Part shown: in pieces, positions 25,021-34,700 of the stretch
How the letters are laid out: every line of letters starts with the position of its first letter
Position numbering within the stretch: position 1 is the first letter of the stretch
DNA from: a virus
Lineage: Duplodnaviria; Caudoviricetes
Virus record (IMG/VR): IMGVR_UViG_3300037043_000397
Location: 1 to 37,517 of that record
Direction: 5' to 3' (one strand)
DNA: 37,517 nucleotides
The notes under the pieces: model-generated
The model's database searches: none
What the model saw: only the letters and a program-made list of their open reading frames with translations
Told to the model about the DNA's origin: nothing
Position numbers and translations under genes: made by a program

Positions 25021-25562
25021 GCGGCTTCCGCATCGACGTCGACCTGGGCGATCTGGGCATGGACGAACTGGCCGATGGCGCCGAGGCCGCCGTGCGCCCC
25101 GCCGCACAGGCCGGCGCGCAGGTGTTCTACAACCGCGTCAAGGCCAACGTCGCCAAGCTCGGCAAGCGCACCGGCAACCTGGACAAGAGCATCTACCAGG
25201 TCTTCAGCCAGGACAACAGCGCCAAGGGCCGCGCCCAGTACCACATCAGCTGGAACCGCGGCAAGGCACCTCACGGCCACCTGGTGGAATTCGGACACGT
25301 GCAGCGGTACGTGACGTACATCGACAAGCGCGGCCAGTGGAAGACCCTGGTCCGCCCCGAGATGAAGGGCAAGCCAAAACCCAAGCGCAGCGCTCCACTG
25401 GCCGTGAAGGACGCCTATTACGTGCCCCTGAAGGGCGGCCCCAAACTCGTGGGCGCCAAGAGCTTCATCCGCTCGGCCACATCGCCCGACGTGGCGCGCG
25501 CCGCCCGCAACGCCATGGTCGACCGGTTCTGGTTCGAGCTGGAAGGCAAAGGCCTGCTGTGA
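25017..25562 (+). CDS. HK97 gp10-like tail component
   Basis: RPAAQAGAQV, TGNL..SI, APHGHLVEFG, FIR.A. Confidence 0.85.
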   Translation: MSGFRIDVDLGDLGMDELADGAEAAVRPAAQAGAQVFYNRVKANVAKLGKRTGNLDKSIYQVFSQDNSAKGRAQYHISWNRGKAPHGHLVEFGHVQRYVTYIDKRGQWKTLVRPEMKGKPKPKRSAPLAVKDAYYVPLKGGPKLVGAKSFIRSATSPDVARAARNAMVDRFWFELEGKGLL

Positions 25563-25918
25563 GTCTGGAGAGCGATCTCGTCGCCGTGCTGCAGGCCCAG
25601 TGCCCGCGCGTGTTCCCGGGCACCGCGCCGCTGAACACCGCGCGCCCCTTCGTCACGTGGGAGCACATCGGCGGCGATCCTCTGCGCTACATGGACGGCA
25701 CCGCCGCCGTGCAGCGCTGGGCACAGCTGCAGGTGAACACCTGGTGCAACACCAAGGCCGAAGCCGTGGCGCTGGCCCTGGCCATCGAATCAGCGCTGTG
25801 CACCGCCGGTGCGTTCACCGCAGACCCGGTGGGCGCCTTCACCGGCCGGCATGAAGACCAGGTCGAGCCCCCGCTCTACGGCACGCAGCAGGAATTCGCC
25901 GTCCTCGGCACCCGGTAA
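25559..25918 (+). CDS. Tail terminator (DUF3168-like)
   Basis: RVFP..AP....RPFVT, QLQVN.W; GTGA overlap. Confidence 0.8.
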   Translation: MSLESDLVAVLQAQCPRVFPGTAPLNTARPFVTWEHIGGDPLRYMDGTAAVQRWAQLQVNTWCNTKAEAVALALAIESALCTAGAFTADPVGAFTGRHEDQVEPPLYGTQQEFAVLGTR

Positions 25919-25944
25919 CCCCAGAACCACCCAATCCTTCAACG

Positions 25945-25978
25945 AGGCCGCCCCGGGCAACCGGCAGGCGGCCTTTTT
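25945..25978 (+). terminator. Intrinsic terminator-like hairpin before the tail tube gene
   Basis: AGGCCGCC...GGCGGCCT followed by TTTT. Confidence 0.6.
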
Positions 25979-26017
25979 CATGGCCCGCGAGGGCAATCAC
26001 TCTCAGGAGCCCACACC

Positions 26018-26665
26018 ATGGCACAAGTACCCACCGGCACCACGTTCTTCATCGCCAGCGCCATCGCGGCCAGCAAGGCCACCACCGTCGTCACCAACGC
26101 GGCCGAGGCGGTGGTCACCAGCGCTGCGCACGGCTACAGCAACGGCGACATCGTGGAGGTCACCAGCGGCTGGGGCCGGCTCAACCGCCGCTCGTTCCGC
26201 ATCAAGAGCGTCACCACCGACACCTTCGTGCTCGAAGGCGCCGACACCTCCAACACCACCTTCTTCCCGCCCGGCAGCGGCATCGGCTCGGTGCGCAAGA
26301 TCACCACCTTCACGCAGGTCCAGCAGGTGCTGGGCATCCAGTCCAGCGGCGGCGACCCCAAGAACGTCACCTACAAGTACATGGAGGCCGACGTCGAGTT
26401 CAACATCAACGACGGCTTTGCCGCGCAGCAGATGTCGCTGGAGCTGGACGCCGACAGCATCGGCACCCCGGGCTACGCCGCGCTGAAGACGCTGACCGAC
26501 GTGCAGACCGACACCGTGCTGCGCATCAACAGCCGCAACGGCGCCGTGATCTACGTGCCCTGCACCGTGGCGCTGAACGAGGCCGTGCAGCTGCAGGACG
26601 GGCAGATCAACCGCGTGGTGGCGTCCATCAACGCCAACGGCCGCCTGGTGCGCTACGCCTCCTGA
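26018..26665 (+). CDS. Major tail tube protein
   Basis: TNA.EAV.T..AHG...GDIVEVTSGW.RLN.R, F..G.G.GS, SGGD; AGGAG SD. Confidence 0.88.
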   Translation: MAQVPTGTTFFIASAIAASKATTVVTNAAEAVVTSAAHGYSNGDIVEVTSGWGRLNRRSFRIKSVTTDTFVLEGADTSNTTFFPPGSGIGSVRKITTFTQVQQVLGIQSSGGDPKNVTYKYMEADVEFNINDGFAAQQMSLELDADSIGTPGYAALKTLTDVQTDTVLRINSRNGAVIYVPCTVALNEAVQLQDGQINRVVASINANGRLVRYAS

Positions 26666-26667
26666 TC

Positions 26668-27063
26668 ATGGGCAAGATCAAGCTGGGCGCACGGCCCAAG
26701 ACCTTCACGCACACCATCAGCGTGCCCATGCCCGAGGGTGGGCATGCCAGCGTGCAAATGGTGTACGTGTACCGCACGCGCACCGAGTTCGGCGCCTTCG
26801 TCGACGCACTGCTCAAGACCGCCGGCACCGCCCCGCCGGCCAGCCAGCAAGCGGAAGACGTGGCCTTCAGCCTGCGCCAGGCGCTGGAGGCCACGCGCGA
26901 CACCAATGCGGACTACATCCTGCAGATCGCCGAAGGATGGAACCTGGATGAGGACTTCAACCGCGCGAACCTGGTGCAGCTGTGCGACGAACTGCCCGGT
27001 GCGGCCATGGCCATCATCGAGCACTACCGCGCCGCGCTGACCGAAGGCCGCCTGGGAAACTGA
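26668..27063 (+). CDS. Tail assembly chaperone (gpG-like)
   Basis: GWNLDEDFN..N...L....PGA...I...Y..AL..GRLGN; ends in slippery GGGAAAC. Confidence 0.85.
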   Translation: MGKIKLGARPKTFTHTISVPMPEGGHASVQMVYVYRTRTEFGAFVDALLKTAGTAPPASQQAEDVAFSLRQALEATRDTNADYILQIAEGWNLDEDFNRANLVQLCDELPGAAMAIIEHYRAALTEGRLGN

Positions 27064-27368
27064 CGCAGGCCGCCGCCGCGGCCTACGGCAATGCCGAAAC
27101 CGAGTTCTCCGCGTTTGGCCTCGCGCCGGGCGATTACGACGACCACTTCGAGGTCTGGCCTGAGAACTGGCCCGCGTGGCAGCTCTTCGTGCAGATGTCT
27201 GGACAGTGGCGCACCGGCATCGGCGGCGGCTTCGCGCTGGACTACACGCCCCTCTTCATGCGCATGGAGCGCATGCGCCTGCCGGACGAGACCTGGGAAG
27301 AGCTCTTCACCGACGTCCGCGTGCTCGAAGCCGCGGCGCTTGAGCACATGAAGGCCAACAAAACATGA
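27054..27368 (+). CDS. Frameshift extension of the tail chaperone (gpT-like, DUF1799-like)
   Basis: Lies in the -1 frame after GGGAAAC; EVWPENW.A..LF..M..QWR......LDY, VRVLE.AAL. Confidence 0.8.
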   Translation, partial: GKLTQAAAAAYGNAETEFSAFGLAPGDYDDHFEVWPENWPAWQLFVQMSGQWRTGIGGGFALDYTPLFMRMERMRLPDETWEELFTDVRVLEAAALEHMKANKT

Positions 27369-30300
27369 GCAACAGCGACGAGCGCCCCGTCATCATCAAG
27401 CCCACGATGGACGCCACTGGCGTCCGCAAGGGCGCCGAGGATGTCAAGGCCACGGCCCGCGACATGGCGCAGGCCGTGGGCGCCGAAGGGCGCAAGGCCG
27501 GCGAGGGCATGGAGCAGGTGGGCGCCGGCGCCGGCAAGGGCGCCCAGGCGCTGGACCGCGAAACCCGCCGCATGGTGGCCAGCATCCAGCGGGCCCAGGC
27601 CGCGGCACAGGCCGGCGGGCGCAACACGGCGGAGTTCTATGAGGCGATCGCCAAGCAGCGTGGCCTGAGCGGTGATGCACTGCGGCCCTACATCGAAGGC
27701 CTGCGCGCCGCCGAGACTGCGCAGAAAGCCGCCACCGGCTCGCTGGGCACGATGGGCATCTCTGCCAAGCAGACCGCCGCCGCGTTGCGCGGCGTGCCCG
27801 CGCAGTTCACGGACATCTTCACCAGCCTGCAGGGCGGCCAGGCGCCGCTCACCGTCTTCCTGCAGCAAGGCGGGCAGCTCAAGGACATGTTCGGCGGCGC
27901 AGGCGCGGCGGCGCAGGCGCTGGGCGGGTATGTGGCCAGCCTCATCACGCCCTTCACACTGCTGGCGGCAGGTGTGGGTGCGTTGGCAGCCGGCTTCATC
28001 ATTGCCAAGAAAGAAAGTGATGCCTACGCGCAGTCATTGATCCTCAGCGGCAATGCGGCCGGCACCACCGTAGGCAAGCTGTCCGACATGGCCCGAGCCA
28101 TCGCCGAGCTGGGCCCGGCCACGCAGGGCAAGGCCGCCGAGGTGCTCACGCAGCTGGCGGCAGCCGGCGCAGTGGGTGCCACCAACCTGCAGCGTTTCGC
28201 GCAGGCCGCGATCGACCTCGAGCGTGCCGGTGGCCCTGCTGCCGAAGAGACCGCCAAGGCCTTCGCCGCCCTGGCCAAAGAGCCGCTGGCGGCCAGCATC
28301 AAGCTCACCGAAAGCACGCGCTACCTGAGTGCTGCCACGGCAGAGCAGATCCAGCAGCTCGAGCGCCAGGGCAAGACCACCGAGGCCGCGCGCGTGGCGC
28401 AGGAGGCCTACGCCAGTGCGGTGGAACAGCGCGCGCCGGAGATGGCGCAGCGCCTGAACTTGATCCAGGGGGCATGGATCGGGATCAAGGACGCAACCAA
28501 GGGAGCTGGCGATGCCCTGGTCGACATCTTCCGGCAAGACACGCTGACGCAGCAGCTGGCGCTCGCCGAAGCCGCCATCAGCGCCGCCAAGCGCCTGCAG
28601 GAGAACGCGGGCGGCGGCCTCATCGCGGTCTTTGGCCAGCGGCAAGAGCAAAACGCCCGCGCGACGAAGGACCTGCTGCTGGAACAGATCCGGCTCAGTA
28701 CTCGCGCCGCGGAGGCGCAAGGCGAGCGAGTGCGCCAGGAGCAGGCGGGCATTCAGTTCCTGAAAGAGGGCGAGAAGTACCTCTCGCAAGAGGTCAAGTT
28801 TCAGACGGAGATCGTGCGCATCCGCGAGCTGGGGCGTGCTGCGGGGCTCAGCGAGCTGGCGATTGCCGACCGCATCCGCGAAGTCGTGCGCCAGACCTAC
28901 GGCAGCAAGGCCGCCACCGCCGACAACGCCGCCGCCCGCGAGCAAGAGCGCCGGCTGGAAGCGCAGGTGCGGCTGCTGGCCGAGTTGTCGGGCGTCACCG
29001 GCAGCTACGCCTCCGACTTGGCCAGTCTGGACGCTGCGCGCGCTCGCGGCAACATCACCGAAGAGCGCTACGGCGTGCTGGTGCGTGAGCTGGTTGCCCG
29101 CCAGCCCATCGTGCGCCAGAACACGCAGGACATGGCCAAAGCCGCCGAGGAACAGGCCCGCGCGGTGCTGCGCGCCCAGAAGGTGTACGACGGCTACATC
29201 GAGACGCTGAACAACAGCGTCAAGGCCGGTGAGCGCAACCTGCTGCAGCTGCGCGATGAGTACATCGAGCTCACCGCCGGCAAGGCCGTGCGCCAGGAAC
29301 TGCAGCTGCTCGAGCTTGAGCGCCTGGCCATCACCTATGACCAGGCCGCCGCCGTGGCCGAGCTCAACGGCGAAGAACAGGCCCGCTACCAGCGCCTGGC
29401 CGAGCAGGTGCGCCAGGAGATCCGGTGGCGCCGCGACATCGCCAGCGCCACCGATCAGAAGGACGCGCGCGATGCCAACGAAAAGGCCGCCAAGGACGCG
29501 GCAGCAGACTGGAAGCGCAGCGCCGACCAGATCAGCCAGAGCCTGGCCGACGCCATCTTCAGCGGCGGCAAGGGCGCGGGCGATCTGCTGAAGGACTACT
29601 TCCGCACGCTGGTCCTCAAGCCCGTGATCGAGACCGCCATGCGTCCGCTGGCCCTGACCATCAACACAGCGCTCAGTGGCGGCCTGTCCTCAGCCGGCGG
29701 GCTGGCCTCATTGGCCGGTGCCAGCGGCGCGGGCGGTGCCTTGAGCGGCATCGGCCTGCTGGGCACGCTGTCGAGCGTCACCGGCGTGTTCGGCGCCGGC
29801 TTGGCCGCCGGTGTCGGCAACCTCCTGTCAGGCAGCATCGGTGCGGCGCTCTCGGGGTCCGGGGCACTGCTGGGCGGAGGCTCCATCGCCGCAGGTCTTG
29901 GTCTGGGTCTGGGCGCACTGGGTCCGCTGGCCTTGCTGGCAGGCCCGCTCTCGAGTGCACTGTTCGGCCGCAAGCTCAAAGACACCGGTTTCGAGGGCAG
30001 CTTCAGCGCCGGCGGCGACTTCGAGGGCAACAACTACCGCTACTACAAGGGCGGCCTCTTCCGCAGCAACAAGACCAAGCGCAGCGAACTGGACGGTGCG
30101 CTCGAATCCGTGCTCGACGCCGGTGGCCAGGCCGCCCTGGCCCAGGCCAAGGCCTATGCCGAAGTGCTGGGCCTGCCGGTGGAAGCACTGGCCGGCTACA
30201 CCCAGGCCATCAAGGTCAGCCTCAAGGGCCTGAGCGAAGAAGAGGCGCAGGCGGCAGTGGCCAAGTCGGTGGCCGACTTCCAGGAAGGTCTGCTCGGCCG

Positions 30301-30949
30301 CTACAGCCGCCAGCTGGAGCCGCTTCGCCGCACCGGCGAGACGCTGGCCCAGGTGGCCGAGCGGGTCAGCACCCTGCAGGTCTTCACGCGCGGGCTCAAC
30401 GAGCTGGGCGGCGTCTTCGGCCGCGTGGCGGGCCTCAGCATCGACGCGCGCGAGCAACTCATCCAGTTGGCCGGCGGCATGGAGCAGCTCAGCCAGCAGG
30501 CGCTGGGCTTCGTGCAGCAGTACTACAGCCGCGAAGAGATCGCCGGCCTCAAGGCGCGCGAGATCCAGACCGTGCTGGCCGCCGCAGGCATCACGCAGGA
30601 CGTCAACACCCGCGACCAGTTCCGCGGCCTGGTGGACAACACCGATGTCTCCAGCGCCGCCGGCCGTGAGCGCCTGGCTCAGCTGCTGGCCATCGCGGGC
30701 GACTTTGCCAGCGTGGCCGACTACCTGGCCGAGACCGGCGGCACGCTCTCCGCTGCCGCCGCCTTCGCGCCCGCCAGCGGCGTGCTGGCCGACCTGTTCG
30801 CGCAGCCGCAGCAGGCGCAGGTGGACGCCATCAACGTCGTCAACGTGAGCGTGAACATGGTCAATGAGTCGATCAACCGGCTCATCGACGCGGTGCAGTC
30901 GGCCCGCAACGCCGTCTTCACGCCGAGCTGGGAAGTGGGCGGCGCATGA
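27365..30949 (+). CDS. Tail tape measure protein (lambda-type)
   Basis: 1194 aa, Ala-rich helical; PAQFTDI.TSLQGGQ.PLTV.LQQGGQLKDMFGG motif. Confidence 0.94.
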   Translation: MSNSDERPVIIKPTMDATGVRKGAEDVKATARDMAQAVGAEGRKAGEGMEQVGAGAGKGAQALDRETRRMVASIQRAQAAAQAGGRNTAEFYEAIAKQRGLSGDALRPYIEGLRAAETAQKAATGSLGTMGISAKQTAAALRGVPAQFTDIFTSLQGGQAPLTVFLQQGGQLKDMFGGAGAAAQALGGYVASLITPFTLLAAGVGALAAGFIIAKKESDAYAQSLILSGNAAGTTVGKLSDMARAIAELGPATQGKAAEVLTQLAAAGAVGATNLQRFAQAAIDLERAGGPAAEETAKAFAALAKEPLAASIKLTESTRYLSAATAEQIQQLERQGKTTEAARVAQEAYASAVEQRAPEMAQRLNLIQGAWIGIKDATKGAGDALVDIFRQDTLTQQLALAEAAISAAKRLQENAGGGLIAVFGQRQEQNARATKDLLLEQIRLSTRAAEAQGERVRQEQAGIQFLKEGEKYLSQEVKFQTEIVRIRELGRAAGLSELAIADRIREVVRQTYGSKAATADNAAAREQERRLEAQVRLLAELSGVTGSYASDLASLDAARARGNITEERYGVLVRELVARQPIVRQNTQDMAKAAEEQARAVLRAQKVYDGYIETLNNSVKAGERNLLQLRDEYIELTAGKAVRQELQLLELERLAITYDQAAAVAELNGEEQARYQRLAEQVRQEIRWRRDIASATDQKDARDANEKAAKDAAADWKRSADQISQSLADAIFSGGKGAGDLLKDYFRTLVLKPVIETAMRPLALTINTALSGGLSSAGGLASLAGASGAGGALSGIGLLGTLSSVTGVFGAGLAAGVGNLLSGSIGAALSGSGALLGGGSIAAGLGLGLGALGPLALLAGPLSSALFGRKLKDTGFEGSFSAGGDFEGNNYRYYKGGLFRSNKTKRSELDGALESVLDAGGQAALAQAKAYAEVLGLPVEALAGYTQAIKVSLKGLSEEEAQAAVAKSVADFQEGLLGRYSRQLEPLRRTGETLAQVAERVSTLQVFTRGLNELGGVFGRVAGLSIDAREQLIQLAGGMEQLSQQALGFVQQYYSREEIAGLKAREIQTVLAAAGITQDVNTRDQFRGLVDNTDVSSAAGRERLAQLLAIAGDFASVADYLAETGGTLSAAAAFAPASGVLADLFAQPQQAQVDAINVVNVSVNMVNESINRLIDAVQSARNAVFTPSWEVGGA

Positions 30950-31461
30950 AGACCCTGTCCGGCGCGCTCTCCGCCGCGCTCAACGCCCCGGTGCAGAAGC
31001 CCGCCCTGCTGGTGCAGGTGGACTTTGCCAGCACGCGCCGCTGGTCCAGCATGGCCACCGTCAGCTGGAACGGCCACAGCTGGGCGGCCCGCGACATGCG
31101 GCTGGACGGCCTGCTGGTGCAGCCGCTGCGCGTGAGCGGCACCCTGGTGCTGGGCAACGAGGACGACGAGATCGGCACCCTCGTGCTGACCGAGGGCGTG
31201 CAGGACCGCCGCATCGTGGTCTACGGCTACGACGCCGCCGCGCTGGGCGACCCGGCCGACGCCGTGTGGCTGTGCGACGCCGTGGGGGCGTCTGCACAGG
31301 TGAGCACGCGCGAGGTGCGCATCACGCTGCGACACCGGGGCGAGTTCGTGCAGTCGCCTCGCACCTATGTCACCGCCCAGTCCGGCTTCACGCACCTGCT
31401 GCCTGCCGACACCGTGCTGCGCATCAACGGGATCGACATGCGCCTGGAGCGCCGCGGCTGA
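30946..31461 (+). CDS. Minor tail protein
   Basis: ATGA overlap with the TMP gene; position in the tail-tip module. Confidence 0.65.
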   Translation: MKTLSGALSAALNAPVQKPALLVQVDFASTRRWSSMATVSWNGHSWAARDMRLDGLLVQPLRVSGTLVLGNEDDEIGTLVLTEGVQDRRIVVYGYDAAALGDPADAVWLCDAVGASAQVSTREVRITLRHRGEFVQSPRTYVTAQSGFTHLLPADTVLRINGIDMRLERRG

Positions 31462-31463
31462 CC

Positions 31464-31787
31464 ATGGCCAACTACCCCGGCTTCTTCACCCTGGCCGACA
31501 GCACCGCGCTGCCCGAGTCCGGCATCGAACCCGAGCGCGCCACCAATGGTGCCCTGAAGCACCGCCGCCTTTGGCCCGGCGACAAGGTGAGCTTCGAGAT
31601 CGGTCACGTGCTGAACGCGGCCGACCTGGCCACCCTGGTGGCCTTCTATGCCACCAACAAGGACCTGGACGTCACCTACCGCTGGCCCGGTGACGGCCAG
31701 ACCTACACCGTGCGCTTCGCTGCGCCCCCGCGCTACACCAGGCGCACCACGCGCTGGGAAGTGCGCGTGCGCCTGGCCGAGGTCTAG
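31464..31787 (+). CDS. Distal tail-like protein (107 aa)
   Basis: Size, position and L..FY......Y.WP....Y.VRF...P pattern. Confidence 0.6.
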   Translation: MANYPGFFTLADSTALPESGIEPERATNGALKHRRLWPGDKVSFEIGHVLNAADLATLVAFYATNKDLDVTYRWPGDGQTYTVRFAAPPRYTRRTTRWEVRVRLAEV

Positions 31788-31790
31788 CCC

Positions 31791-34700
31791 ATGGCCGTGA
31801 CGAACCTGGTCACCGGCGGGCTGACCATCCCGCCTGCCGCGGCGCTGAACACCGTCGCCCAGCCGCGTGGCCTGGCGGCGGCTGGTGCACGGTCGCTGGT
31901 GCCCGTCACCTACGGCGTCGATCGGCAACCCGCGCTCATCCTCAACGTGTTGCCCAAGGCGGGCGACGCCAACACGCTGCTGGTGCAATGTCTGTGGGGG
32001 CACGCGCTGCATGCGGTCGACGAGTTGCGCCTCAACGACCAGGCGTTGCCCAGCGGCAGCACCGTCACCACCTACACGGGCAGCCAGGGCACCGCGGATG
32101 CAGACCTGGTGGCTGCCTTCGCCGCGCAGGGCATCACCTACACCGACACCCTGGCGGGCTATGCCTACAGCGTGCTGGCCATGCCCACGCGCAGCTTCGA
32201 GGGGCAGCTCAATGTCTCGGCGCGGCTCTACGGACGCCGCCTGTACGACCCGCGCAAGGACAGCACCGCCGGCGGCAGCGGCAGCCACCGGCTGGCCGAC
32301 CCTGCCACCTGGGAGTGGAGCGACTGCCCCAGCCTGGCCCTGGCCGACTGGGCCGGCAACACCCTGTACGGCGCCGGTGAGGGCGTGCTCTGGTCCAGCG
32401 TGCCCGCCGCCGCGGATGCCAACGACGCCACGGTCGGCGCCCCCCCCGAAAAGCGCCGCCTGCTGGGCGTGACGCTGGCGCGTGACGGTGTGAGCCTGGC
32501 CGCCGTGGCCGAGACGTTGCGTGCCTACGCTGGCTGCTGGCTGGTGCCCACCGCCGGCGGTCTGCGCTTGCTGCCCGATGCCGATGCCGCACCCGTGGCC
32601 GCGTACAGCCACGCGGCTGGCCAGATCAAGGCGCTGGAGGCGCTGAACCTGCGTGACCTGGGCAACGTGCCCACCGCGGTGGAGATCCTCTACACCGACA
32701 CCACCCAGGTGCCGTGGCGCGAGATGCCAGCCCTGGCCACGCTGCCCGGCGCCGGCACCACACGGCCCTGGCGCCTGAGCAGCGTGGCCATGCCCGGCGT
32801 GCAGCGCTACAGCCAGGCGTATCGCGAGGCCGTGGAACGGCTGAACAAGCTGAACCTGGGGGACCTGAGCTTCCCGCTCGAGGTCTTCGACCAGGGCATC
32901 GTCCATGACACGGGCGACATCATCGAAGTCACGCACCCCGTGGGCCTGTCGGCCAAGCCCATGCGCGTGACGGACGTGGAGATGGTGGCCCATGGCCGCT
33001 GGCGCCTTGCGGTGACCGAGCACGACCCCGCCGCCTACAGCGACGAGGTGCAGACGGCGCCCAGCATCCCGGACACCAACCGTGTGGCAGCCGGCGGCCC
33101 GGCCAGCCAGGTGGCAGGCTTTGCGGGCACGGTGAGCAAGGGCCGCATCGCCTGGGTCTGGACGCCCTGCACCGATGCCGACTACGGCGCCACGGAACTG
33201 CGGGCGGCAGACGCCGATTGGGGACTGCCCAGCCCCGCCCCAGCCTTTCGCGGTGCGGCCAACACCCATGGCCAGGTGGTCACCGCGCCGGGCACCTACA
33301 CGCTGTATGCCAAGCACTTCGGCGTTCGTGGCAACGCCAGCGCCACGGCTGTGCAGGCGTCTGTGGTGGTTGCGGCCGGCGATCTGGTGCAGGACGGCGC
33401 CGATGGGCCCCCCGGTGCCGATGGTGCGCCCGGCACCGCAGGCGTGGACGGCGCGCCGGGGACGAGCGTGGCCGAGATCAACGTCTACCTGCGCAGCAGC
33501 AGCGCCCCGCCAGCGCCCACGGGCGGAAGCTTCAACTTCGGCTCCCAGGTGCTCACGCCGCCATCGGGCTGGAGCGTGGGCGTGCCGGCGGGCACCGACC
33601 CGGTGTACGTCGCCCGCGGCCTGGCCACCACGGGCACGCCCGGCGCCACCGTCACGCCGACCTGGGGTAGCGCGGCCGCTGCGTTCTCTGACGGCCAGGC
33701 CGTCGATGTGATCTTCCGCCGCAGCGCCGGAGAGCCGGCAACGCCCGGCGCCTCGCCAGGTGTGCCTGCCGGCTGGTACTCGACGGTGGCCGCCGTGCCC
33801 GCAGGGGCAGAGCCGCTGTGGAGCAGCTTTGGCGAACGCACCGCACCTGGCGCCAACTGGGCCTGGCAGGCGCCTGTGCGCGTACAAGGCGTCGACGGCG
33901 CCGCCGGGCCCCAGGGCCCGCAGGGTGTGGCCGGCAGCGCCGGCACCAGCGTCGCCGAGGTGAACGTGTACCTGCGCGCCACCAGCACGCCCACCACGCC
34001 CACGGGCGGCAGTTTCGACTTCAGCTCCCAGGTGCTCACGCCGCCATCGGGCTGGAGCGTGGGCGTGCCGGCGGGCACCGATCCGGTGTACGTGGCGCGC
34101 GGCATCGCGACCACGGCCACACCGGGTGCCACCGTCACGCCGAGCTGGGGCAGCGCAGCGGCGGCCTTTGCGGATGGCCAGGCGGTGGACGCGATCTTCC
34201 GCCGCAGCGCCGGCGAGCCTTCCACACCCGCGCCCTCGTCGGGCACGCCCGCAGGGTGGTACTCGAGCGTGAGCGCCGTGCCCGCGGGAGCAGACCCGTT
34301 GTGGTCCAGCTTCGGCAAGCGTCCAGCGCCGGCCGCCAACTGGACGTGGGAGACACCCGTGCAGGTGCAGGGCCAGGACGGCGCCGCTGGCCCTGCAGGT
34401 GCCCAGGGCCCGCAAGGGCCGCAGGGCGTGGCCGGGACTGCCGGCACCAGCGTGGCCGAGATCAACGTGTACATCCGCAGCAGCAGCGCCCCGCCAGCGC
34501 CCACGGGCGGCACTTTCGATTTCGGCAGCCTGGTGCTCACGCCCCCGGTGGGCTGGAGCGTTGGCGTGCCGGCCGGCACGGACCCGGTGTACGTGGCGCG
34601 CGGCTTCGCGTTCACCGGCACGCCGGGTGCCGCCGTCACGCCCAGCTGGGGCAGCCCGGCCGTGGCCTTTGCGGATGGCCAGGCGGTGGACGTGATCTTC

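Noticed and set aside
31365-34415. 1016-aa minus-strand ORF, and similar long ORFs at 2457..4697, 11943..13223, 15385..16947 and 17682..19142
   Set aside because: Antisense shadows of well-supported phage genes in high-GC DNA.
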